This document shows, piece after piece, positions 12,170 through 24,787 of a stretch of DNA of 64,000 bases. This DNA comes from Okamejei kenojei. Taxonomy: Eukaryota. The position numbers and the translations under genes are program-made. Every line of letters begins with the position of its first letter. The stretch's first letter is position 1. The stretch lies in the NCBI GenBank assembly GCA_035221665.1, contig JAVHYY010000112.1:558001-622000 (forward strand). The letters are read 5' to 3'. The notes under the pieces were generated by a model. It saw only the letters and a program-made list of their open reading frames with translations, did no database searches and was not told the origin of the DNA.

Positions 12170-14411
12170 ATAGACAGAGAATAAAGGATGGTGGGTTTAT
12201 AAAATGTGCATATTTTAATGCTAGGAGCATTGTAAGTAAGGTGGATGACCTTAGAACCTGGATTGACACCTGGAAATATGATGTTGTGGCAATGAGTGAA
12301 ACATAGTTGCAGGAGGGCTGTGATTGGAAACTAAATATTCCAGGATTTCGTTACTTCCGGGGTGATAGAATTGGAGGGATGGAGGTGTTGCATTGCTTGT
12401 CAGAGAGGATATTACAGCAGTGCTTTGGCAGGGTAGATTAGAGGGTTCGTCTAGGGAGGCTATTTGGGTGGAACTGAGAAGTGGGAACGGTGTAGCAACA
12501 CTTTTAGGGGTGTACTATAGACCGCCAAATGGGGAGCGTGATGTGAAGAGCAAATATGTAAGGAGATAGCAGATATTAGTAGTAAGCACAAGGTAGTGAT
12601 TGTGGGAGATTTCAATTTCCCAAAAATAGACTGGGAAACACATTCTGTAAATGGGCTGGATGGTTTGGAGTTTGTAAAATGTGTGCAGGATAGTTTTTGC
12701 AGCAGTACATATTGTCAATGTATCTGACGGAGGTATGCGTTGGTGAGCACTTCGGGACCAGTGATCACAATACCATTAGTTTCAATATAATTATGGAGCG
12801 AGTCAGAACAGGACCTAGAGTGGAGATTTTTGATTGGAGAAAGGCTAACTTTGAGGGAATGCGTGAGGATTTTAAATGAGTGAATTGGGACACTTTGTTT
12901 CATGGGAAGGATGTAGATGAGAAATGGAGGACATTTAAAGGGGGTAAGAGTACAGAATCTTTATGTCCCTGTTAGGTTGAAAGGAAATAGTAAAATTGGA
13001 AAGAGCCATGGTTTTCAAGGGAAATTAGACACTTGTTTCGAAAAAAAAAGAGATATCTACAATAATTATAGGAGGCATGGAGTAAATGAGGTGCTAGAGG
13101 AGTATAAAGAATGTAAAAAAATCTTAAGAAAGAAATTAGGAAGGCTAAAAGAAGATATGAGGTTGCAAGAAAGGTGAAAGTAAATCCAAAGGGTTTCTAC
13201 AGCTTTATTAATAGCAAAAGGATAACGAGGGATAAAATTGGACCATTAGAGAACCAGAATGGACAGCTATCTGCAGAGCCAAAAGAGATGGGGGAGATAT
13301 TGAACAATTTATTTTCTTCGGTATTCACCAAGGAGAAGGATATTGAACTCTGTGAGGTAAAGGGAAAAAAGTAGAGTAGCTATGGAAACTATGAGATTCA
13401 AAGAGGAGGAAGTACTGACACTTTTGAAAAATATAAAGGTGGATAAGTCTCCAGGTCCTGACAGGATATTCCCTAGTACATTGAGGGAAGTTAGTGTAGA
13501 AATAGCAGGAGCTATGACAGAAATATTTCAAATGTCATTAGAAACGGGAATAGTGCCGGAGGATTGGCGTACTGCGCATGTTGTTCCATTGTTTAAAAAG
13601 GGTTCAAAGAATAAACCTAGCAATTATAGACCTATTAGTTTGACGTCAGTGGTGGGCAAATTAATGGAAATTATACTTAGAGACATCTGGATAAACAGGG
13701 TCTGATCAGGAACAGTCAACATGGATTTGTGCCTGGAAGGTCATGTTTGACAAACCTTCTTGAATGTTTTGAAAACTAGGGAAATTGATGAGGGTAAAGC
13801 AGTGGATGTTGTCTATATGGATTTCAGTAAGGCCTTTGACAAGGTTCCCCATGGAAGGTTGGTTCAGAAGGTTCAATCTTTGGGTGTTAATGGCGGAGTA
13901 GCAAGATGGATTCAACAGTGGCTGAATGGGAGATGTCAGAGAGTAATGGTGGATGGCTGTTTGTCAGGTTGGAAGCCGGTGACCAGTGGGGTGCCTCAGG
14001 GATCTGTGTTGGTCCACTTTTGTTTGTCATGTACATCAATGATCTGGATGATGGGGTGGAAAATTGGATAAGTAAGTATGCAGATGATACTAAGATAGGT
14101 GGTATTGTGGATAATGAAGTAGATTCTCAAAGTCTACAGAGAGATTTGGGCCATTTGGAAAAGTGGGCTGAAAGATGGCAGATGGAGTTTAATGCTGATA
14201 AGTGTGAAGTGCTACATCTTGGCAGGACAAATCAAAATAGGACGTACATGGTAAATGGTAGAGAATTGAGGAATGCTGTGGAACAGAGGGATCTAGGAAT
14301 AACTATGCATAGTTCCCTGAAGGTGGAATCGCATGTAGATAGGGTGGTAAAGAAAGCCTTTGGTGTGCTGGCCTTTATAAATCAGAGCATTGAATATAGG
14401 TGTAGGGAAGT
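12170..14411 (+). mobile_element. CR1 LINE ORF2 (3'-truncated), inverted partner of 14805-16463
   Basis: APE and RT motifs (NARS, SDHN, YMDFSKAFDKVPH, YADDTK); high identity to the minus-strand copy. Confidence 0.93.
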
Positions 14412-14666
14412 AAAACGCTGAAACGTTTGTAAATTGTCCACAGTGTGTCAGATGGTATTAGTGTGTGGAGTATTTGATGGTGGGTGTGGGTTCGATGGGC
14501 AGAGCGGGCTACTACCGCAGTTTTTCTCAAAAATAAATTAAAGTACACTGCGTTCGTTTAGTTGCCATCTCATATTCGATGGACTATCGGCGATACATTG
14601 ACAATAGACGCTATTTCCATCATTCTTCGTCATTATTATTGAAACCTGATATAGAATGTTTTCACA

Positions 14667-14800
14667 TCAGATCCGCATTTGGAAGCATCTAGCAACCAGT
14701 TTCAAGGGGTATTTAAACACATCCCACAACTCCTCCCTGAATTTAGTTTGCATCCCAGCAGAAATGCATGAGTTGTACAGGAACTGAGAAGCTCCAGCTT
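14667..14800 (-). pseudogene. GPR139-like GPCR 3' fragment (TM7-helix 8)
   Basis: LELLSSCT / NSCISAGMQTKFREELWDVFKYPLKLVARCFQMRI*. Confidence 0.85.
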
Positions 14801-14804
14801 TAAT

Positions 14805-16463
14805 CATATAACAATTACAGCACGGAGACAGGCCCTCTCGGCCCTTCCATTCCGTGCCGACCATTTGTTTTCCCCTAGTCCCATCTACCTGCACTCAGAC
14901 CATACCCCTCCATTCCCTTCACGTCCATATACCTATCCACTTTACTCTTAAATGTTAAAATCGATCCTGCCTCCACCACTTCTGCTGGAAGCTCATTCCA
15001 CACAGCCACCACCCTCTGAGTAAAGAAGTTCCCCCTCACGTTACCCCGAAACTTCTGTCCCTTAATTCTCATGTCATGCCCTCTTGTTTGAATCTTCCCT
15101 ACCCCAATGGGAAAAAACGTATCCACGTTAACTCTGTCTATCCCTTTCATCATTTTAAAGACCTCAATCAAGCCCCCCTTAACCTTCTCCGCTCCAAAGA
15201 ATAAAGACCTAACTTGTACAACCTTTGTCTGTAACATAGTTGCTGGAACCCTGGCAACATTCTAGTAAATCTCCTCTGTACTCTCTCTATTTTGTTGACA
15301 TCCTTCCTATAACTTGGCGACCAAAATTGTACACCATACTCCAGAATTGGTCTTACGAATGCCTTGTACAATTTTAACATTACTTCCCTACTCCTATATT
15401 CAACAGTCTGATTTATAAAGGCCAGCACAACAAAGGCTTTCTTTACCACCCTATCTACATGCGATTCCATCTTCAGGGAACTATGCACAGTTATTCCTAG
15501 ATCCCTCTTTTCCACAGCATTCCTCAATTCCCTACCATTTACCATGTACGTCCTATTTTGATTTGTCCTGCCAAGATGTAGCACTTCACACTTAACAGCA
15601 TTAAATTCCATCTGCCATATTTCAGCCCACTTTTCCAAACGGCCCAAATCTCTCCGTAGAGTTTGAAAATCTACTTCATTATCCACAGCACCACCTATAT
15701 TAGTATCATCTGCATACTTACTTATCCAATTTTCCACCCCATCATCCAGATCATTGATGTACATGACAAACAACAGTGGACCCAACACAGATCCCGAGGC
15801 ACCCCACTGGTCACCGGCTTCCAACCTGACAAACAGCCATCCACCATTACTCTCTGACATCTCCCTTTCAGCCACTGTTGAATCCATCTTGCTACTCCGC
15901 CATTAACACCCAAAGATTGGAACCTTCTTAACCAACCTTCCATGGGGAACCTTGTCAAAGGCCTTACTGAAATCCATATAGACAACATCCACTGCTTTAC
16001 CCTCATCAATTTCCCTAGTTACCGCTTCAAACAATTCAAGAAGGTTTGTCAAACATGACCTTCCAGGCACAAATCCATGTTGACTGTACCTGATCAGACC
16101 CTGTTTATCCAGATGCTTATATATATTATCTCTAAGTATCCTTTCCATTAATTTGCCCACCACTGACGTCAAACTAATAGGTCTATAATTGCTAGGTTTA
16201 TTCTTTGAACCCTTTTTAAACAATGGAACAACATGCGCAGTACGCCAATCCTCCGGCACTATTCCCGTTTCTAATGACATTTGAAATATTTCTGTCATAG
16301 CTCCTGCTATTTCTACACTAACTTCCCTCAATGTCATAGGGAATATCCTGTTAGGACGTGGAGACTTATCCACTTTTATATTTTTCAAAAGTGTCAGTAC
16401 TTCCTCCTCTTTGAATCTCATAGTTTCCATAGCTACTCTACTTTTTCCCCTTAACTCACAGAG
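14805..16463 (-). mobile_element. CR1 LINE RT and 3' tail (5'-truncated)
   Basis: RT ORFs 15903-16430, 15168-15887 and 14875-15237; tail TGTTATATG abuts the GPCR TM7 fragment. Confidence 0.95.
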
Positions 16464-16464
16464 T

Positions 16465-16509
16465 CACATCTCTGACCGACTCCGCCCTGTATTACTGCAC
16501 TTTCCAAGG
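16465..16509 (+). pseudogene. TCR V segment 4, 3' remnant only
   Basis: TSLTDSALYYCTFQG directly followed by a 23-RSS; the 5' part is replaced by CR1. Not in the ORF track. Confidence 0.85.
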
Positions 16510-16548
16510 CACAGCGATGGAAAGTAGCTTCATATCAGTACGAAAACT
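16510..16548 (+). other. 23-RSS of V4
   Basis: CACAGCG + 23 nt + ACGAAAACT. Confidence 0.85.
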
Positions 16549-16746
16549 CCAATTGCCTGTGGCACAGAACAGCTGCCTGTTGCAGGTTTTGTCAACGCAT
16601 GCCAAATGCAACCGCAACGCTTAGGCCACGCCGACAGGAAACCGTGGGTACCTCGGTTCAAACTGTCATCAACCGTTCCCATTAGCACCGTAGCCACGAA
16701 GCCGATTCAAAATCGTGGACATTGTTGCAAGATTCACCATGGTATC

Positions 16747-16948
16747 TGTAGATGTTTTATATGCAACCAATAATATAGTTACCTCAGTCCCATTAACCCC
16801 GCCTAGTTAACATTAATCATAACGCCTTCCCCTTCCTGGGTACAGCTCAGTAGAAGAATGTAGCCAGTGCTTGAAGATGTATGTAATACCCTGTGCTATC
16901 ATTAAAAGATGTTGCACACTTTAAGAGTTTGTGAATTGCTTATTTACA
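16747..16948 (+). repeat. Gypsy 5' LTR
   Basis: TG...CA termini; 5 differences from the 3' LTR by manual comparison. Confidence 0.95.
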
Positions 16949-19900
16949 TGGTGTCGAAGCTGGAAGACACTTGCGTCTCCTGTCTATCGGGTTTTATTTC
17001 TTTTTTTTGATTTGTGCTTTTTGTGCTTAATCTCTCTGGCCATGGCGTCCTCTTGCAGAAAGCCCGCGCAGCTTGTCTTTGATGCTGACATCTCTGAGCG
17101 CTGGGCCACGTTTGAATTTTGTCAACGTCGCACACCACGCTGATCCTGACTCCCTTAAAGCCTCCCTCCTACTCAACCTTGTCGGACCTGATGCCATGAA
17201 GAGAGCCAGAACTTTCACCTACGCTCCAGCGGTCCTGGAAGACAACAACGTGGTGATTACTCCTGCAGAATCTGCCAGCGACCCCGCTTGCCTGCTACGT
17301 AAGTTCAGGGAGATTTGTGACCTGCCTTCGAACCGCATTCTAGAGAGGGCACGGTTTTTTACAAGGAGACAGTTGCCGGATGAACCTGTTGAATGTTTTA
17401 TTGCTGATTTGCGTTATCTCGCCCAGCGGTGCCGCTTTGGTGACATGACAGACCAGCTCACTAGAGACATTTTAGTAACTGGCATGCATGACCAGAAGCT
17501 GCGATGTGAGTTTTTAAGGTATCCGGATCTAACGTTGGAAAAAGCCATGCATGCCTGCAGATTGTCTGAGGTCGTTGTATTGCCAGATGACCATCGGGAC
17601 TCGGGCAATAAATCTGTCCACCTGGCTGGGTTTGGGAGACCACAGCCTCGGACGGGAAACAATGCTTTTCTGCCACGCACCAACCCTGGTCCTGGTGAAG
17701 TGCCCCCCAAAAGGTGCCAAACTGTAACTACATGCACCACAGACTGTCGACGTGCCCCGCCTATGGCAAGGCCTGTAACGTTTGTAAAAAAACTAAATCA
17801 CTTCTCTGCCGCCTGTCGTTTATTCCGTTCCCGTGGGAGACAGGCACAGATGTCCAGACCCAGTCTAAAAATGCTGAGACAATCTGATATCTGTTACCAC
17901 TCACAGCCCAACATAGCTGAATCCTATGATGCAGATCCAATTAATCCTCCCGAGGACTCGATGTGTTTACCCTCCTACAGACACCCGCCCACCGACCTGA
18001 TCCCTCCGTATCTGTGACTGTCATTGATGTAACCTTCCTTGCAAAGTTAGACACAGGTGCGAAGGTCAACGTTTTGTCAATGAATCTTTTCAACTAGATA
18101 AGGAATAATGAGCCCCTGGTTGCTGACAATGCTACCCTGCACGCCTATGGTGGAGAAATTCTAAGGCCTGCGGGGAGGGCCACTTTAACTTGCGTGCTGC
18201 AAAAGGCCACGGGAAACCTGGTTTTCTATGTTTTGAACTCTGACTGTGTAACCCTGCTGGGCAACCGTGCGTGCCAAGATCTTGGCCTGGTGTCCTTCGA
18301 CCGCACGGTCCACAAAGTGCAACTGTCGTTCAACCCGGTTGCAGAATACCAGGACCTGTTCAACAATGACCTGGGGAAGTTACCACTGACATACCATATT
18401 TCCATTGACCCAAATATACAACCCGTGGTCCGCGCACCTCACAGGGTGTCTCACGCCATGAAAGACAGGGTCGAGGCGATGCTTAACAAGATGGTCGAAA
18501 ATGGCGGTGCTAGAAGCGGTTAGCGAGCCCACCGATTGGGTCTCCACCATGGTTGCCACGATAAAGAAAGACAAGAACGAAATACATGTGTGTATCAACC
18601 TGAAGGACTTAAACCTTGCCATCAGGCGACCACACTACCCCATGCGGTCTGTTGAGGACGTGGCGGCTCAGGTCGGGCAAGCCAACCATCTTTTCGGTCC
18701 TAGACGCTAAGAACTCGTTTTGGCAGATCCCGTTGGACAAAGCATCTTCTGACCTCACGACCTTCGCCACACCGTTTGGCAGATTCAAGTTCCTGCGAAT
18801 GCCATTCGGCATCAATTCCGCTAGCGAGGTGTTCCAGCGAACGATGGAGCAGATATTCTCAGACCTGCCATGTGCCATCATCGTGGATGATATCCTGGTT
18901 TATGGGAAGGACATTGCCGTGCACGACCTGACCCTCCGCCGCGTCCTGGAACGGGCGCGGAAGGCGAACGTGAAGCTGAATCTCAAGAAGTGCCGGTTTC
19001 GTGTCTCAGAGGTCACGTATGTTGGACATGTTTTCACCTCTAATGGACTAAAACCCGACCCCTTGAAGGCAGCTGCCATCTCCGAGATGGCAGCCCCCAC
19101 CGACGTGCCAGGTCTACAACGATTCTTGGGCATGGTGAACTACCTTGGAAGTTTGTACCAAACCTCAGTGAGCTGAGTGCTCCCCTGCGGCAGCTGACAA
19201 AAAAGGTTATCGCCTGGGTCTGGCTCCCACATCACCAGCAGGCCTTTGACTGCCTCACGTCAAAACTGATTAGCACTCCGACGTTGCGGTTCTTCGACAT
19301 GGGTCGCCCCATCACCGTCACCTGTGACGCTTCCAAGTTCGGCCTGGGTGCGGCTTGCCTTCAGTCCGTCGACGGAGCGTTACACCCTGTCTCCTATGCC
19401 TCCCGCACCATGACGGACACCGAGTAGCGGTACGCTCAGATCGAGAAGGAGCTGCTCGCGGTGGTGTTCGCCTGCTCCAAGTTCAGAGACTTCCTGTTCG
19501 GCAACAGAGTTACGGTCGAAACCGACCACCAGCCACTGGTGACAATCCTGAATAAGCCGATTCATGCTGCCCCCGCCAGGCTGCAGCGTATGATGCTGCA
19601 GCTCCAGCGTTTCGACTTCGATATAATCTACAAGATGGGCACCGAGATGCACATTGCGGACACCCTATCGCGCGCCCCGCGGACCTCCTGCGCTCGCCAC
19701 GCCTACGAAACAGAGGATTTGCTCGTACTGGGCGTTAACTTTATTCCCACCAAGCAGCTACAGGTTTTGGCCGAGCACACCGCTGCCGATCCAGTTTTGC
19801 AGCAGCTTGCCTCTGTGATTAAAGCAGGGTGGCCAACAAAGCGATCCGCAGCGCCGTCTGAAACACCGCCTTTCTTCCTGGTCCGCGACGAACTGGTGCT

Positions 19901-21239
19901 CCAGGATGGCGTTATCGTCAAGGGATATAAAGTTGTAGTCCCGTCCTCCCTGTTTGACTTTTACATTTGTGCAGCCCATAGCGGACACCCTGGGGTCGAT
20001 GCAACACTCGCCCACGCTCAGTGCCAATTCTACTGGCCAGGAATGGCCAAATATATCCGAGACCGAGTTTCTGCCTGCTCCACGTGCAATAGTCTTGCTC
20101 CACACCAGCAGCGACAGCCCCTGCTGCAACAACCAGCTCCTGCCTTGGCTTGGTCCTCGCTGGCTGCCGACATTTTCAAGTGGCGTGGTGACCACTACCT
20201 TGTCCTGGTCGACTCGTACTCAAACTGGTTCGAAGTGGATTTACTGACATCCCTCACGTCGGAGATGGTGATCCGAAAGCTGCGGAAACACTTCTCCACT
20301 TTTGGGACCCCTGTCAGGCTGCAGACTGACAACGGCAGGCAGTTTACCAGCCGAGAATTCAAAAGTTTTGCCGACAAGTGGAATTTTGTGCATTTCACCA
20401 GCAGCCCAGACTACCCACAGAGCAACGGCCTGGCAGACGGGCCGTCCGCTGCGCCAAGCTTCTGATGGAACAGGCGAGACTATCCAACTCTGATTTGTAT
20501 TTGGACCTCCTGAACCTCATGAATGTTTCCAGGGATCCGGCCATGGGATCACCTGCTCAGCGTCTGATGTCCAGAACTACCAGATCTACCATCCCGATTG
20601 CCAAGCGCCAGCTGAAACCTCGGGTGCTGGAGCCTGCCTCCGTGCAGAGGCGAATTCAGGAGAAACATGACAGCCAGCGGCGTTCCCACGATCGGTCGTG
20701 CAGACCACTCGATCCTCTGTTGCCTGGACAAGTTGTTCGGTTGCAGACCGCCGGTGGTCACTCCCGTCTGGCTACCGTGATTGGGGTGGCCGACTCACCT
20801 TGTTCGTATCTGGTCGACTATGAAGGTACCATCTACCGAAGAAGCCGACAACACCTGCTTGCGGTTAATGAGCCGAAGCCGCAGCACCCGGGGCCCTATG
20901 CCCCGCCACTCTCCTACCAGCAGCCGGCTGCCGTCCGAGCCAGTTTTCCCTGCATGCCTCGATCCCCATCTCGAGCGCCTGGTTCCCCTCTGCGCGGATC
21001 CCCTGTTGCCGGTCGCGGTTTTCCCTCTCCTGTTTCTCCCACCCCACTGCCCTTCCCTGGTTCCCCAGCTGCCTCGCGTCCTCCTGTTTCTTCTGCTCTT
21101 TCGGGGGAAGGGGGAGACATCCGTACGCGCTCGGGCCGGGTCAGCAAGCCTCCTGTTCGTTACGGCGATTTTGTTTAATTCTGCTGTTTAATTCTGTTGT
21201 CGTGACAACAATCTGTTTTTGATTTTCTAAGGGGAAGGA

Positions 21240-21441
21240 TGTAGATGGTTTATATGCAACCAATAATATAGTTACCTCAGTCCCATTAACCCCGCCTAGT
21301 TAACATTAATTATAACGCCTTCCCCTTCCTGGGTACAGCTCAGTAGAAGAATGTAGCCAGAGCTTGAAGATGTATGTAATACCCTATGCTATCATTAAAA
21401 GATGTTGCACACTTTAAGAGTTTGTGAATTGCTTATTTACT
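21240..21441 (+). repeat. Gypsy 3' LTR
   Basis: TG...CT termini, follows the PPT and is followed by TSD GTATC. Confidence 0.95.
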
Positions 21442-22000
21442 GTATCTTTACGCAAATATCAATGAACAAACAAAAGCATCAATTAAGCATCGATGGCAGA
21501 TGTCGAGCAAATAATCTTTGTAAAATCAATCCGCGTTGACGTCCAACTGTCAATCCATGTGCATGCTGAACGTACTACAGTCCACATATCTACTGACTGT
21601 GCCCGGCGGAGCGTTTGTACTTGAATGCAGGGTGGGAGGGCTGCTGCGATTTGTACAGCTGGTTAGTGTCAACGTGGAAGCATAGCCGTGGCAGTTTCAT
21701 TAAACACCGGAGATGGCTTTAAAACATTCCAATATAATTGAACCGGGGGCGAAGCAAATCAGGACATTCCGACGTGTACAGACATTTTGGGCACCAGCAT
21801 CAGTCTGGTTAACTCCGCAAGACTTAATACAGAAGCAGTCCGTAACTGCGTGCCATTTTAATTCCGCATCACATTCCAACATGAAGGCCTCCATGATTCC
21901 TGCAATATCAGGGTGAAGCCAAACTCAAACTAATGGAACATCCCACTGAGATAGACACAAAAAGCTGGGACAAGTAGCATCTCTGGAGAGAAGGAATTAG

Positions 22001-22031
22001 TGACGTTTCTGGTCGAGACCCTTCTTCAGAC
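22001..22031 (-). ncRNA. Minimal hammerhead ribozyme-like core in a Penelope-derived repeat
   Basis: Minus strand reads CTGAAGA-AGGGTCTCGACCA-GAAACGTC. Confidence 0.55.
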
Positions 22032-22369
22032 GATTCCCCCTGGATAGTTTATATCAGCAACGTAAATATTTTACTCTCCAATAACATGCCACACGCTTCC
22101 CCTCTCGCCCTTTCTCTTTCTTTCTTATTTATTCAGGTACTGTCATACCATTTCTTCCGATACTCCCGTGTCTAACACACGGTTCCTACTCCTACCGGCA
22201 TAGCACTAGGCCCCTGTCCACTCTATTCCTGTGCGCCACCATCACTCCCTTACTTAATTCCACTTTTAATTTCTTATCAGGTTTGATCACCTGCAGTCTT
22301 CGGAATTACCCACTTATCCCTCACGATTCGCTGCTCCCACTGTTCACAAGTTCCCACGACCACAAGTTA

Positions 22370-24560
22370 AAGTAGATATAGTCCATTCGGCTCATCGAAT
22401 CTACTCCGCCATTCAATCATGGCTGAACCCTGTCTCCAAATCCAAGTTTATTGGCTTCTCCCCATAACCCTTGACACCCTTTCTAATCAAGAAATTGTCT
22501 GAGTTCAGCAAATATTCAGTGACTTGACCTCCACAGCCCCCTGTGGCAGTGAGTTCCACAGATTAATTACCCTCTGACTAAACAAATGTATCCTTACATC
22601 CTTTCCAAAAGAGCACCCTTTAATTCTGAGGCTATGACTTCTAGTCCCAAGACTCTCCCAACTGTGGAGACCACCTTTCCACATCCAATCTATCTATGCT
22701 TTTCATTATTCTGCAATTTTCGATGACCCACCTCAACCTTCTAAATTCCAGCTAGTAGAAGCCCAGTGCTGTGAAACGCGTATCGTATGCTAACCGTATT
22801 ATTCAATAGACTACAAACAATAGACTATAGACAAGTCGCAGGAGTAGGCCATTCGACCCTTCTCTTGAAAGCATCTAACTATCTTCTGAAAGCATCCAGA
22901 ATATTGGCCTCCATTACTTTCTGAGGCAGAGAATTCAACTGATTCATAACTTCTGGGTGAAATTTTTATGACATCTCCGTTCAAAATGGCCAACCCATAA
23001 TACTCAAACTGTGGTCCCTGGTTCTGGACTCCCCCAACATCGGGAACACGTTACCTGCCTCCATCGTGTCCAGTCCATTAATAATCTTATATGTTTCATA
23101 ATATCCTCCCCCATCCTTCTAAATTGCAGTGTATACAATTCCAGTCGCTCCATTCTTTCAACGTATGACAGTCCCGCCGCCCCGGGAATTACCCCCGTGA
23201 ATCTACGCTGCACTCCCCCAAGAGCAAGATTAGTGACAAAAACTACACACAATATCCCAGGCGTGATCTCACTGGGGGCCTGTAGAACTACAGAAGGACC
23301 TCTTTGCTGCTATACTCAACTCCTCTTGTTCTGAAGGCCAACATGCCATTCGCTTTCTTCATTGACTGCTGAACCTGCATGCTTAATTTCAGAGACTAAT
23401 AAACAAGGACACACAGATCTCGTTGTACCTCCCCTTTTCCTAACTTGACAACATTCAGGTAATAATCTGCCTTCCTGTTCTTGCCACCGAAGTGGATAAT
23501 CTCAAATGCGTCCACATTAAACTTCACCTGCCATGCATCATCCCACTCACCAAACCTGTCCAAATCACCTTGCATCATCATAGCATCCTCCTCGCAGTTC
23601 ACACTGCCACCCAGCCTTGTGACATCTCCAAATTTGCTAATGTTAATTTTAATCCCTTCATCGAAATCATGAATTTACATTTTAAATATATGTGGTCCCA
23701 GCACCGAGCCATGCGGTACCCAACTAGTCACTGCACCCCTTTCTGCAGAGGACCCATTAATCCATACTCTTTGTTTTTCTGTCTGCCAACCAATGCTCTA
23801 TCCATGTCAGTACCCTACTCCAATACCATGTGCTCTAATTTTGCCCACTAATCACGTTTGTGGGAAATTATCACAAGCTATCTGAAAGTCCAGGTCACTA
23901 CATCTACTGGCTCTCACTTCTCAATTTTCCTAGTTACATCCTCAAAAAAATCTAAAAGATTAGTCAAGCATGATTTCCCCATCGTAAACCATGCTTATTC
24001 AGAACGAGCTTGTTACTGCTCTCCAAATGTGCCGCTATTTAATATTTTATAGAATCTAATATATAATATAACATTTAATGTAACTGAATATAATTATAAG
24101 CTTTTATGATATCTTCCCCACCACCGATGTTACGCTAACTGGTCTATAATTCCCTATTTTCTCTCTCCCTCCTTTCTTAAACAGTGCGATATCAATAGCC
24201 TACAACGCACAGTAACTGATCCTGAATCTATAGAACATTGGGGAATGATCACCAATGCGTCCACGATTTCTAAAGCCATTTCCTTAAGTGCTCTGGGATG
24301 CAGACAATCAGGCCGTAGGGATTTCTCAACCTTCAGTCCCACAAGTCTACCCAACACCATTTCCTGCCGAATTTCCTTCAGTTCTTCCGTTACTCATTAT
24401 TCTCTGGCTACGATATCAGGAAATTTGATTGTGTCCTGCATAGTGAAGACGGATCCATAGTACCTGTTCAACTCATCTGCCATGTCCTGTTCCCCATAAT
24501 AAATTCCCCCTTTTTAGTCTTCAAGGATCCAACTTTGGTCTTAACTATTTGTTTTTCCTA
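22370..24560 (-). mobile_element. Two adjacent degenerate CR1 fragments
   Basis: RT fragments (QGDLDR, ERMERLELY, LKEMALEIVD) and CR1 3' tails near 22370 and 22810. Confidence 0.85.
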
Positions 24561-24626
24561 CGCAGCGGCTCAGGGAGAACCCACATCAACGTTGATACTG
24601 ACAGAAAATAGACATCACTAGCACTC

Positions 24627-24766
24627 GTGTTAACGAAGGAACTGCAGATGCTGGAGAATCGAGGGTACACAAAAGGCTGGAGAAACTCAGCGGGTTAAAC
24701 GTCGCCTATCTCCTTCGCTCCTTAGATGCTGCTGCACCCGCTGAGTTTCTCCAGCCTTTTGTATAC
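24627..24766. mobile_element. Fold-back Penelope-derived mini-element with 14-bp TSD
   Basis: TSD CATCACTAGCACTC at 24613-24626 and 24767-24780; inverted arms (GGCTGGAGAAACTCAGCGGGT / ACCCGCTGAGTTTCTCCAGCC). Confidence 0.8.
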
Positions 24767-24787
24767 CATCACTAGCACTCACCTATT

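Larger units (their letters stand above)
16747..21441 (+). mobile_element. Full-length Ty3/Gypsy LTR retrotransposon (gag-pol frameshifted)
   Basis: 202-bp LTRs at 16747-16948 and 21240-21441; TSD GTATC; PBS TGGTGTCGAAG at 16949; PPT AAGGGGAAGGA at 21229-21239. Protease LDTGA, RT IIVDD, RNase H CDAS and integrase (HHCC, LVDSYS, TDNG) occur in PR-RT-RH-IN order. Confidence 0.97.
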
